A program made the translations under genes and the position numbers. Below the pieces are notes generated by a model. The model worked only from the letters and a program-made list of their open reading frames with translations, searched no databases and had not been told where the DNA came from. Source: Octopus vulgaris (taxonomy: Eukaryota). From it: DNA of 64,000 nucleotides. The stretch is from the NCBI GenBank assembly GCA_951406725.2, contig OX597816.1, forward strand, positions 108,624,001 through 108,688,000, written 5' to 3'. Positions within the stretch are counted from its first letter, which is position 1, and each line of letters opens with the position of its first letter. This document shows positions 12,329-24,203 of this stretch, one piece after another.

Positions 12329-12836
12329 CTAGCAGTATCGCCCGGCGTTGCTCGGGTTTGTAAGGGAAATAACTATATAAGCATTTTTAGAGAGTTACTT
12401 CCCTTATAAATTCGGGCTTTCTTAGCCATTTTTGTTTTGGTGTCTTCAAGCCGTGAAGTCGTTATTCTAAAAGAACGCTGGTTTCCTTCACAACGCATTA
12501 CGACGTTGATTTCTTTACACTCCCTTCCCCACAGCTTCACGAGGGAGGGAAGGGGGAGAAGCAAACAGGTGCAGCGGTGAGCGTGGACGCCAACTCCGCC
12601 GCCATCGACACACGATGCATTTTATGCATTAAAATGGAATAAAAAATGATGTTAAATTATTTTTAAAATCGTAGACTCATCGTTGACGCGCGCGCTAATA
12701 GTCAGATGGGCTTGACATGAATCACGACTATAAGATACCCGAATTTGGTTAAATTGCACCGCAAAATGTGGGAGGAGTTAGGAATTTAAATCGAAGGGGA
12801 CAGACACTCACACAACTAGAGTTTTATATATATAGA
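12329..12836 (-). mobile_element. Non-autonomous Helitron, copy B (508 bp)
   Basis: Minus strand is preceded by A, begins TC(tatatatataaaac) at 12836, and has the same subterminal hairpin and terminal CTAG (12329-12332). It shares ends with copy A but differs internally. Confidence 0.85.
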
Positions 12837-12840
12837 TATA

Positions 12841-13047
12841 AGGTAGAGAGCTGGCAGAATCATTAGCATGACAGGCAAAATGCTTAGCAGAATTTTGTCT
12901 ATCCTTACATTCTGAGTTCAAATTCTACCAAGGTCGACTTTGCCTTTCATCGTGTTAAGGCCAATAAAATAAGTACCAGTTGAACACTGGGATCCATGTA
13001 ATCAACTTACCTGCTCCCCCAAAACTGCTGACCTTGTGCCAAAATTT
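12841..13047 (+). mobile_element. SINE family 2 (Deu/Nin-type core)
   Basis: gagctggcagaatcattagc...ttctgagttcaaattctaccaaggtcgactttgcctttcatc...aaaataagtaccagttg. Other copies at ~23415-23600, 27405-27580, 54500-54720, 56465-56680, 57125-57340 and 58040-58470. Confidence 0.75.
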
Positions 13048-13384
13048 TATATATATATATATATTAGGTAGTGGGGGCTCCGAAAGGGATCTCAGGGAGT
13101 AGCATCCCTGCCTTCCTGAGCTAGTTTTCCACTACATTTCTTAAAACTCATGGTAGAGGCTTTGGTCTCAGGAACACTCATGTCTAGAAACTGAGGTTGG
13201 AGGTAGTAAGCAAGGGCATGATCCCCATTGAAAACCCAGCTCAAAAAAAGCCTCATGATAGCTAAGGAGAGTGGGCATCAACCAGCCCAAAGATTGGGCT
13301 GGGCTGCACCTGCCTACCTCGGTTGCTATGGCATTGAGGTAGATCTGGCCTCCATCTGGTGAGAGATAAATATTTTTTATTTAA

Positions 13385-13633
13385 AAGACACATCACATGT
13401 CTTTAAGTGCTACTAATAGTTTCATATGTTGAGAAATATCTCTAGCATATTTATCAGGCACAAATCACATGGTTTGTGCTAGCTGAATATGTTTGAGAAC
13501 AGGATTTTGTTCTTTAATTTCCCAAGGCTTTATGTATGTTAATTAAAGAAAGACTTCATTATATTTTAATATATGTTTTTACTGTTTTACATCCATATCT
13601 ATTAGTAGCACTTAAAGACATGTATTGTGTCCT
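13385..13633. mobile_element. MITE with TTAA flanks and AGG..CCT-type termini (Kolobok-like)
   Basis: 35-bp TIRs 13385-13419 / 13599-13633 (32/35 match), with TTAA at 13381-13384 and 13634-13637. TTAA TSD with RR..YY termini is characteristic of Kolobok. Confidence 0.65.
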
Positions 13634-13640
13634 TTAAATA

Positions 13641-13678
<38 letters not shown>

Positions 13679-13980
13679 CAACTCAGAATTTAAAAGTTTA
13701 TTCTTTGTGAGGCTGTTTTGGTCTGCAGCTCAACAGTTTGGGGACCCTTGACTAAACACACACCCTGCAGAAACACAGAAGACAGGATTATATACTCTGG
13801 AAAAATTAAGATAATAAATATGGTATGGCATTCCAGGATTAGCATTTATTGTAGGTTTGTTCATTCAAGATTATCAGGAGCTAAACAACAATCTTATGTT
13901 AACCAAGTGAAAACAGGGAAGTTGATAGCAAAAAAAAAAAAAAGCTTTCAATCAATTTCTTCCTTTAGCAATACAAATAA

Positions 13981-14057
13981 GGTTGTTGTTGTTGTTGTTA
14001 ATAATAATAATAATAATGGTGGTGGTGGTGGTGGTGATGATGATGATGATGATGATG
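13981..14057. repeat. Compound trinucleotide microsatellite (GTT)n(AAT)n(GGT)n(GAT)n
   Basis: Directly visible; it explains the VVV-NNN-GGG-DDD ORF in the track. Confidence 0.95.
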
Positions 14058-14357
14058 TAATCTATGGAATGAGCTGAGTAGAAATTAAACCTGTTTAAGT
14101 GAATTTTTGTCAAAATAATAGGGTAAGATTAAACAAGTAGGTAAATGGCAGTTCAAGTATTTTAATTCTTCTCAGTTACTATACAAAAACAAGAAGCCTT
14201 GATTGCTTTCCAATAATTTGTGTTGGAAAAAGCTGCTGACTATAAAACAAATGCTCCAACAATTCATAGAAATATCATCACTTTAAAGCTAAAAGAAATT
14301 ACTACAATTACTACATTAGCTTAAGTTATTTCTCATGAATAAAAACAGCTAACAGAC

Positions 14358-14920
14358 TTGAAGTGGGCCTCCTCTTCCTCCTGCAACAACAAAATCACAC
14401 AAACATGAGCTACTATTCCTCCAACGAAAGCCAACATATTTGAGCTTCTCTTCCTCCAATGAAGAAACTTGAGCTACTCCTCATCCAATGACAAGCGTAT
14501 ATGAACTTGAGCTGCTTTTAAACAAAAGCCAATATATTTGAGCTTCTCTTCCTCCGATGAGGGTATATAAACTTGAGCTACTTCTCACCCAATGACAAGA
14601 GCATATGAACTTGAGCAAAAGCCAACATATTTGAGCTTCTTCTCCTCCTCCTCCTCTGCCACCAACAAAAACATATAAACACGAGTTACTCCTCCTCCAG
14701 TGACAAGAACATATGAACTTGAGCTGCTCTTTCTCAAAGAAAAGCCAACATATTTGAGCTTCTCCTCTTCTTCCAACAAGGGCATACAAACTTGAGCTCT
14801 TCCTCATCAAATGATCAACAAATGAACTTGAGTTACTCCTCTTTCTCCACCAACAGCCAAAAGACTTGAACTTAACCTCTTCAAACAACAACAGACCTAA
14901 GCTAGCAATCCTCCAACAAG
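14358..14920. repeat. Diverged minisatellite, ~35-bp monomers with three-monomer higher-order structure
   Basis: A TGAGC(T) anchor or close variant recurs at 14406, 14441, 14470, 14508, 14539, 14574, 14612, 14632, 14682, 14720, 14755, 14793, 14829 and 14867. Confidence 0.85.
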
Positions 14921-15789
14921 AACAAAAGTAAAGGTAAACAACACTGATAACAATGAAAAGCAACAAAATAATAGTATTTATTTAAGAATGATTTTGTGTA
15001 TTTTACTTTGAAAAAAATTCTAATTCCTATTTATTCATTATCTTCCTCTCATATAATTAATGAGATAAGTCGACTCTTAACTCGATTAAGTGTCACTTTA
15101 CCTTTGATAAGTAAATTTTTTTCAACATGTAAAGATTAATGAATATAGTTAATAATACAGCTGCTGCACAAGCAGATGATGATGATGAGTAATCCCAATT
15201 ATTTCAGCATGTTCTGACCCATGGCACAAAGGTTACTTAATTATTTAGGGAAGGAAGGAGCTATGATCCAGTATGCCAGTTATGTGAGGATTTTTTTGTT
15301 GTTTTGTTTTGTTTTGGGGCACTAATGGACAGTCTAGTGTCTGGCTTGCTTGTTTGGTTTTTTGAGTGATGTCTTTTTTTTTTTTAGGAAGGTGCTTTTC
15401 TTCTTTTAATCCCTTTGTCATTCTCAGGAGAAGGAGTAATATTCATAGCCCAAATGTATTTTGAAAAACAATATTCCTAGTGTAAGGGATAAAGCTAACT
15501 GGATTTGATAGATTAGATTAATATAGTTTATTATTGATGGAAATGAGGCAGTAACTTGAGACAATGCAGTCCTGGGTAAGATAGCAAAGGATTTAGAAGA
15601 TGGTGGAGGGAAATGAAACGGGAGAAAGGAAGAGGGGGATTCAAAGGAGCAACAAGTAGGTTTAGATGGAGAAGAATCATATAAAGTTGATAGAAAGTTT
15701 TTGTTGTTGTTTAGCCCCAAGTTAATCCTGACTGCTGTGAGCATCTGTAACATTTCCTGTGACCATTCTACATTTTTAGAGGGTATATA

Positions 15790-16199
15790 GGTGCAGGAGT
15801 GGCTGTGTGGTAAGTAGCTTGCTTACCAACCAACTGGTTCCGGGTTCAGTCCCATTTCCCAAGGTGCCACTGCGTGGCACCTTGGGCAAGTGTCTTCTAC
15901 TATAGCCTCAGGCCGACCAAAACCTTGTGAGTAGATTTGGTAGACAGAAACTGAAAGAAGCCCGTCATATATATGTATATATATGTGTGTGTGTATGTAT
16001 GTTTCTGTGTCTGTTTGTCACCCCAACATCGCTTGACAATCGATGCTGGTGTGTTTACGTCCCCTTAACTTAGCGGTTCAACAAAGGAGACCGATAGAAT
16101 AAGTACTAGGCTTACAAAGAATAAATCCTGGGGTTGATTTGCTCGACTAAAGGCGGTGCTCCAGCATGACCACAGTCAAATGACTGAAACAAGTAAAAG
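15790..16199 (+). mobile_element. SINE family 1, full length
   Basis: Complete head, microsatellite middle and tail. A small internal insertion (ttcccaaggtgcc) is inverted relative to the adjacent ggcaccttggg. Confidence 0.9.
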
Positions 16200-16421
16200 T
16201 GTATATAGAACTATATTGGCCAAATGTGTTCTTATCTCTTTTTTAAGATAGTATAGTCTGTGTGAAAGTGATTTGAGAAAGGTACTGGTGGTTGTGATGG
16301 TAGCAGCAGCAGCAACAGTAAAAATGACAGATTGACACAAACTGTCATTTACTCAGAAGATGTTGTTGCAGTTGTTTAGCCATCTTTGGTTAACCCATCA
16401 ATACATCACCATCATTTTACT

Positions 16422-16651
16422 TTAATCCTTTCGTTACCGTATTTATTTTGAGATGCTCTGTGTTTCATTTAATTAATTTTAAATATAACAAAGACTTTAA
16501 TAAAAGAACTTGGTTATCATTAAGCTAGTGTTGGGAACATAAATTGTGACTAAGGTTTGGTGGAAGATTTTAATTCAATACTTATGAAAGTAAGACATTT
16601 GTACTACAGGGCTAGAGGCGGTTTTGGCCGGGTTGGTATCAAAAGGGTTAA
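16422..16651. mobile_element. piggyBac-like MITE, family B
   Basis: TTAA-tcctttcgttacc ... ggtatcaaaaggg-TTAA. Related copies at ~25028-25195, 38421-38597 and 45350-45494. Confidence 0.75.
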
Positions 16652-17336
16652 CCAGGTGATGGATTAAGGCTATCATCCAAGTAGGCCATAACAAGATTTG
16701 AACTCAAAATCCAAAGAGCAATAACAAATACCACAAGAAATCCACTCTGATATTCCTGCAGTTCTGCCAATCTGCCACCTCAGATTGACACTTTTTTTTT
16801 ACCTCCATCATTACTTCTACCTCCACCACAAACACACACACCTGAAAATATGAAAGGCAAAGTTGACCCCAGTGGGATTCGGACTCAGAGAGCAGAAAGC
16901 TGAAAAGAAAATACTGCAAGTTCTTCACTCTAACAACTCTTGTCAATTTGTTGCTTGTTAGATATTAGGGTATGATCTGAGGAAGATCATACAACTACAA
17001 GCAGGTTGAGTAACTTGCACGGAGCCTCTCTCATTGGCCCAACTTGATTAATAAAGTTGTTGAAGTTTGATTAATTAGATGCTTCTTTTCTTCTTGAGTC
17101 ATCTTTGATCAAAAAGACCTATGAAAACCTTTCCAGCAGTGATTGATCATTCCATCTTATTTTTGGACACTGTAAATCAAGAGCTACACTATACAATGTG
17201 CTTTTCCTCATTTAAGATGGCCTAGCAACCATGCAGAGATGCTTTTGTTGTCTTGTGTTTGATTATTCATATACATAATGGTTGCAAGTCATAGAAGTGT
17301 AAAGAAGTTCAATAATGTAAGGTAATACATGCAACT

Positions 17337-17549
17337 TTAACCTTTCAGCATTCAGATTACTCTGAAATATAATGCTTATTTATTCACATTGTTTTGAATC
17401 AATCAAGCATTATCTTATAGCTTTAAGATTTTCATATGGTAACAATCTTTTATAATGACATTGTATGGTTGGCGTGGGAGGCCAGTTTGAACACAAAACA
17501 GGTGAAATATTTAGGCCAGATATGGCCAGTTTAAATGCTAAAATGTTAA
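17337..17549 (-). mobile_element. piggyBac-like MITE, family A (reverse orientation)
   Basis: TTAA-cctttcagcatt ... aatgctaaaatg-TTAA; reverse complement of the 17637-17865 copy. Confidence 0.8.
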
Positions 17550-17636
17550 ACAGAAAAGTGAATGATTGTTGAAGGATCCCTGACATTTACCCTCGAGTCT
17601 ATGTTTTACTTAAAAGTCAGACTATAATTGCCTTTA

Positions 17637-17865
17637 TTAACCCTTTAGCATTTAAACCGGCCATATCCAGCCAAAAGTATTCTGCCTGTTTTATGTTCAA
17701 ACTGGCCAGATCTGGTCTCTCACACCAACCCTACAATATTGTTTTAAAAATTAACAGTTACCTCATCAAACTCTCAAAGTTACAAGATAATGCATGATGA
17801 ATTCAAAACAAGGTGGATGAAAAAGCATTAATTTTGGTAGAACAATGCGAACACTAAAGGGTTAA
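17637..17865 (+). mobile_element. piggyBac-like MITE, family A
   Basis: TTAA-ccctttagcattt ... actaaaggg-TTAA. Other copies at ~10965-11152, 21338-21998, 28636-28863, 31260-31443, 40465-40645, 46795-47315, 51512-52098 and 61187-61360. Confidence 0.85.
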
Positions 17866-18354
17866 AGTGTTAAATTAATAACCCAGAGAAGCTATTGAGT
17901 TAATTATGCAATAAACTGCATCCATAGGCTCCTGTGTGATGAACATATTTAATGTACTAAGTCTGCAATGTTAGGCTTCACTGCTGACTAGACGAGGCTG
18001 AACTATATAAGTTGAGACTGCACTTATAAAGAGATAAGACAATGATTGCTGCCTTAGATTATTTAAGAAGGTTATAAAAATACTTCATGAAAGGTAATTA
18101 AAAAAAAAACTGTCAGACTTAAGCCAGCCATAAACCCACCCCTGGCTTCCCCAATAAATTTGTTTTTATAAGCTTATTAATTTGTGTTAATAAAATATGA
18201 TGTCATAGCTTTTAATATTGGATAACATACTTTTATAACAAGGTTGTTATTGTTTAGCCCCCTATTCAGCCTTGATTGAGCAAATCCATGACTAAGGGCA
18301 TTCTACGTATGATTATCCTGTCTTTTTACATATTAGGGACACCACCATCTAATA

Positions 18355-18685
18355 CAGTTCTCAACCAGAATTTTTATGGCCCCTGAGGGACAATATAAAA
18401 ATGTGGGGGAAGGTCCACATTGGGGATCCACAAGAGTATTTTAAGGGCCCTTGAAAAAATTTTGCTCTGGATGTATGTATTGCAAGAAAAAGCTAGGTTT
18501 CTTTCTCCAACATTTTACATAGTTCAACCTAAACAAGTTAATGTATGGAAAATGAAATAAGAATTTTGAAAGAAGTTTCTATAAAACTAGTTTTTAAACA
18601 TTGAATATTGGGGGGGGGGGGGGCATCAGAATAAAATTGTAATCAAAGGGGTCCATAGATAAAAAAGAATGGTTGAGAACCCCTG
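18355..18685. mobile_element. hAT-type MITE
   Basis: Ends cag(ggg)ttctcaacc ... ggttgagaacccctg; homologous to 27833-28539. Confidence 0.7.
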
Positions 18686-21370
18686 ATCCAAATTTTAAGC
18701 CCCAAAAATTAGGGGGTTCCTCATACACGTTAAAATACGGTATAGAGCATGCACTTTCCCATGCTTGCATGGGTCAGAGTTAATTTGATGCAAATTTTCT
18801 ATGGTTGAATACCCTTCCTATCACCAACCCTCACCCGTTTCCAGGCAAGATAATATTTCCCCATGGCCAGGCATGTTCTCGCAGAATATTGGAAATGAGT
18901 GATATTGTTTGTATGACAGTGACACACATTTACAACACACAATGTCAAAACAAGATACACACATACACGTTCCTTTCAGTTTCTATCAACCAAATCCATT
19001 CTAAAGGCTTTAGTTGGCTCAGGGTTATACTAGAATAGTAGAAGTCTCTTAGCCCAAGGGACCATGCACAATATGGTTGGGATGCAAACTTCTTACCACA
19101 CAGCCATATTTGCACCAACATACATGGACGGGGACACACACACACAACTGTCATCATCATCATCATCATTTAATGTCCATGTTCCACGTTGGCATTGCAT
19201 GGATGGATGGCTTAACAGGGTGCAAAGACTGCATTATGCTCCAGTGTCTGCTTTGGCATGGTTTCTACTGCTGGATGCCAAACACTTTACAGCATAAACT
19301 GGGTGCTTTTCCTCATACCACCAACATTAGTGAGGTCACCATGCAGCTCACAAGTCTAGAAAACCTGTCAGAAGGGGTTTTATTCTAACTGATGAGGATT
19401 AAGTATGAGAGAAGAGGATGGGGAAGAGCAGATTCATGTTATACAGAAGCTACGTGGCTACTCATATTTAGGAATACACATGCACCACACGTGGTTGTGT
19501 GGTAAGAAGCTTGTTTCTCAACTACATGGGTCCAGGTTCAGTCCCTCTACACGGTATCTTGGACAAGTGTTTTCTACTATGGCCTCAGGCAGACCAAAGC
19601 CTTGTGAGTGACTTGAAGCCCATGAGAGAGAGAGATCTGTCTCTGTGTGTCTTTGTCCTTGGGTGTATCCCCCACCACTGCTTGACAACCAGTGTTGATG
19701 TGTTTATGTCCCTGTAATATAGCAGTTCAGCAAAAGAAACTGATAGAATAAGTACAGAAAAATTCAGAATATCTGAAACATGTATAACGTAGATAACTCT
19801 GCAGCTATTTATTTGAAAGCCTTTAACTGTAGAGATTACACTGTGGTGGGGAAGGGAAATCCTTTTCTGCTTACTTAGAAAATAAGATATTTTCACATCA
19901 TTTCAAACTCCACAGCAAAAATACCCTTCAACAATAACTACAGAGTGATCTACATCGTACTTCCAGAAACATTTTAATGAGCCTTTATCCATGGTAGATG
20001 GTTCTAGCAACCCTAAAATTTAATTTTCTACTCAAATTGCAAGAGAGGTTTTTTACTTTCACATACCCTTACAAATATTAAATTTCCAGCCAGTAAACCA
20101 AACCTGGTTTTCTTTAGAAATATCCACAGAGTACTTGATGGTTGGAGCTTTTCAGTTGCCTCAATATATGAAAGAATATACTACAGCAGCATTGAAAACT
20201 GATATTAATCTTTTCCAAAGACAAACTAATATCTTCTTTTATCTTTTGTATCTTCATATTAACTCTTCTTCCACTTCTCAGTTGGCTTCTTAAAAAATTG
20301 CTAGCACTGTACCATACCATTCCTCACTAAAACCATCTCTTCTCTTATAATCACTTACTGCATGTTCAAAAGTTTGACTCAGCCTGATAATAGATCAGGC
20401 ACATTGCAGTGTTGAAAAACATTTTAGTTATTCTATTGTTTGCTACTAGCATTATGAACCTAACAACAGAAACTCTACCTGAATCTTGGACTGCTAGAAA
20501 TAAGAGCTAAATTTCTTTCAAATCACATACTACTTGTCTTAAAAGAAAACCACATTGGACAATGTAATTCTAGGTATACAAAAAGAAAGAATAGTAATAG
20601 TCAAAATGCTCAGCTGACCTGAGGCTAAAAACTACTACTACTATTACCACCACCAGCAAACATGGTTTTAAAGCACCACCACCACCCTGCCAGCTTTGAG
20701 GTTAGTGAGTTCATTTATCACCTTTGGGGGCAGTGGAAGACTATTTGCTAAGGTTATGAGGAGGGAGGAGAAAGAAAAACAATGATGTGTCTGATCAGGC
20801 AAAAGGGAGATAGGAACTCCTTTTTTTTTTTTTTTTTCACAGACTCCCAGAAGGGTTGCAGGAGTGAAAGGAGGTAGGTTAATAAGTATAATGTACTGTT
20901 AACAATAAATAGCAGGCTCCACAGCCTGCCTAGGTTGTAACACATGATGCCTATTAAAACAGATAACATGTGAACTGGAAGGGAAATAAGGGAATGAGAA
21001 GGAGGGGATGGTTAAAAAAGACTGTCAGACAAAGGTAGGAGGTAAGTGTGAATTTGGAGAGAATTCAGAGGTCAGAGGGATGGATAAGTAGGCACAAGTC
21101 TGTCTGTCATTGTAAAACATACAAGTGCCAGTCAATATAACTTTTACATTGTGCAAACACACACACATGCATGCATGAAGGCACATGCCTACATACACAC
21201 GCATGCACACACACGTGCACACCTACACACTTAGTATATAGGTTTTTAACCAAATAAGTAAGGTAGGTGTCTATCGCTGGATAATGAGGATTCAGTTTGT
21301 TCAATCATCAAAATAACCTACTCCCAAATTAAAAGTTTAATCTTTTAGCATTCAAACCAGCCAAAATATT

Positions 21371-21813
21371 CAGGAGTGACTGTGTGGTAAGTAGCTTGCT
21401 GACCAACAACATGGTTCCGGGTTCAGTCCCACTGTGTAGCACCTTGGGCAAGTGTCTTCTACAATAGCCTCGAGCCGACCAAAGCTTTGTGAGTGGATTT
21501 GGTAAACAGAAACTGAAAGAAGCCTGCCGTGTATATATATATATATATATATATATAGATATATATGTGTGTATGTATGAATGTATGTATGTATGTATGT
21601 ATGTGTATATGTTTATGTGCCTGTGTTTGTCTCCCCAACAACGCTTGACAACTAACGCTGGTGTGTTTACGTCCCCATAACTTATCGATTCAGCATAAGA
21701 GACTGACAGAATAAGTACTAGGCTTACAAAAAATAAGTCCTGGGATCGATTTGCTTGACTAAATGGTGGTGATCCAGCATGGCCGCAGTCAAAAGACTGA
21801 AACAAGTAAAAGA
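21371..21813 (+). mobile_element. SINE family 1 inserted in a piggyBac-like MITE
   Basis: Full SINE. MITE family A sequence (tttagcattcaaaccagccaaaatatt) stops before it and resumes after it (cctgttttatattgaaactg...aaagggttaa). Confidence 0.85.
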
Positions 21814-22284
21814 GTAACCTGTTTTATATTGAAACTGATCAGATCTGGCATTTCACCTCACCCCTACAATGCCATTCTAAAACTGAGCACTCGCATCATT
21901 GAAATCTCTGAATTACAAGATAATGCATGATTAATTAAAAACAATATAAATAAACAAACATTACATTTGACAGAATAATCTGAATACTAAAGGGTTAAAG
22001 ATACACTATAGACAGGTGTACCCTAAATATAATTCTCATGTAGAATCAGTGTGATAGTGTGCAACAATGTTGTCCTTTTGAAGTACATGTACAATCCACC
22101 TGACAGGCTTCAGTACAATTTCTGTCTACCCAGTTCCACTCATTAGGCATGGGCTGACCTAAGGCTAAAGAAAATAATGACATTTGCCCAAGATGTTCTG
22201 CAGTGGGATTGAACTTGGGCCTCGATACAGGTAAATTAAATGTCCATAGAAACTTTTGCATGCTTAAGATAAGAGTTCCCATAA

Positions 22285-23215
22285 TTGAATCTTGAAAAAT
22301 TAGAGAAATTCCAGACAACAGGTTTCAAAGTAAACCTAAGGAAAGATAAGTTTTTATTGAGAGAAACGAAGACAGAGTGTAACAGCTATTTAACATCTGT
22401 TAAGTCATGTGCAATATGCAGAAAAGGAGTGAGCATAAATTCCATGTGGTGTATGCAATGTAAACTATGGGTGCACAAGACATGCACTTAGGTCACAACC
22501 TAACTGAGAAAAAGGATTACATATGAAGCAGAAGCACATGATTTAGTTAGCATTTAAGAGTACTCATGATACTAATTCTTTCAAATGCTCAGAGGTCCCT
22601 AGATGTAATTGATCATTCTTGTTTTCTATACAGCCTAATTAGCCGTGAGGGAGGTTGTATAGAAAGCAGTGTGTGTGTGTGTGTTGCTTTGACTGTCAAC
22701 ACAATCCATAAGGATGTTATGGAAAAAGTTCGGGAAGCAATGGGTTCTGCAGGTAACAAAGGAGTCTTTGTTGAACAGACAGATTGTATGATGCATGCAT
22801 ACAAAGTGCGGATGTTGTATAGTGGTGAAATGTGGGTACTGAACAGGAAGAGGGAAAGAAACAAAGAGTGCATGCTTTGTTGGATGCATAGTGTTAATTA
22901 TGCATGTATGAAATGCACACACAAACCATGAAAAGGGCCAAGTAGAAGAGAAATCAGATGTAATGTACCAGACAGTAGATTGAGCTTATACAAACACGAT
23001 GTATATGAAAGCTGACAAGTGGGTAAAGAAGTGCTAAGCAATTCAAGGGAAAGAAACTTGCGGGAGACGATCAAAGACGAAGGAAGAAATAAAGAAAGCT
23101 AATCTCAGGAAGCTGAGCAAAGATGACAAAGGACTGTAACTAGTGGAAAGATGCGATACTGAAGAAGATTCATGAAATTCATGTAAGCATGAGGAAAGAG
23201 ATATAATAATGATGA
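22285..23215 (+). pseudogene. Decayed RTE-clade LINE, 3' part of ORF (post-RT region with Cys/His finger) and 3' tail
   Basis: GFKVNLRKDK...CAICRKGVSINSMWCMQCKLWVHKTC (CxxC...CxxC...HxxC finger after the G.K.N..K.K motif), then SREGGCIESS and VRMLYSGEMW...MLCWMHSV remnants. Many stops and frameshifts. Confidence 0.75.
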
Positions 23216-23822
23216 ATTTATTTTAATACATATGCTTTGTTGTATTTTCATGTCTTAATTAGCTTTACTTTATATAGAGTTGTAAGACAGGTACAACGCC
23301 AGACAAAAATTTCCTCTAACCAGGCACTGAAACACTGCCATTCAATGTTTAAAAACTAGTTTTACAGAAACTTCTACAAAATTCTTTCAACACACTTCCT
23401 TCATAATGAAGGATTTCAAATTTTGGCACAAGGCTAATAATTTTTAGAGGAGGTATAAGTCAATTACAATATCAATTCTGTCAAATGTTTGGTACATGCA
23501 TAAAGATGAAAGGCAAAGTCAATCTTGGCAGAATTTGAACTCAAAATGTAATGAATTGGAAGAATTACTGAAAAACTTTCTGTCCAACTCTCTAGTAGTA
23601 ATAATGTTGTATTTGTAACATAGATATAGGGTCAAAAATTTTAAGGAAGAAGTAGATCCCAAATCATTCCTGGTTAAGTAGAACTAATAATGCAGAAGGG
23701 AATTAATTATAGGAGTATGTACAAGGTATGTTTGCTGCACATATTAAAATATTAGATAGAATTGTTTTTAATTTTTGCACAGGGCTATGAATTTGAAACA
23801 GGAGAGGTGCATTTTTAAAATT

Positions 23823-24203
23823 CTTTTACTTGTTTCAGTCATTTGATAGCAGCCATGGGCACCACCTTGAGGGGTTTTAGTTGAACAAATCAACCCCAAG
23901 ACTATATTTTCTTTTCTTTTTTTCAAGCCTAGTACTAATTTTATCAGTTCTTTTGCTGAACCACTAAGTTACAGGGACATAAACACACCAACACCAATTG
24001 TCAAGCAGTAATGGGGGACAAACACAGACACACACATAATACGATAAGCTCTTTTCAGTTTCTGTCTACCCAAATCACTCACAAAGCTTTGGTCAGCTTG
24101 AGGCTATAGTTGAAGACACTTGCCCAAGGTGTCATGCAGTAAGACTGAACCCAGAACCATGTGGTTGGGAAGCAAGCTTCTTACTACACAGCCAAACCTG
24201 CAT
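23823..24203 (-). mobile_element. SINE family 1, full length, minus strand
   Basis: Reverse complement of the family-1 consensus, from tail (cttttacttgtttcagtcatttg) to head (ttactacacagcc). Confidence 0.85.

Noticed and set aside
13690-13800. Possible minus-strand terminal exon with AATAAA
   Set aside because: Acceptor and poly(A) motifs are present, but there is no recognisable peptide or linked upstream exon; such motifs are frequent in AT-rich DNA.
14358-14920. CRISPR-like appearance of the ~35-bp periodic array, and the 161-aa minus ORF 14481-14966
   Set aside because: The anchor is only ~6-10 bp, the 'spacers' are homologous to each other, there are no cas genes and the context is eukaryotic. 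Unit lengths break frame, so the ORF is incidental.
19780-20360. Non-repetitive-looking stretch with a 68-aa minus ORF (similar stretches at 50560-50740 and 57420-57950)
   Set aside because: No recognisable protein motif or convincing splice-site pair; may be old decayed transposon sequence. Needs BLASTX.
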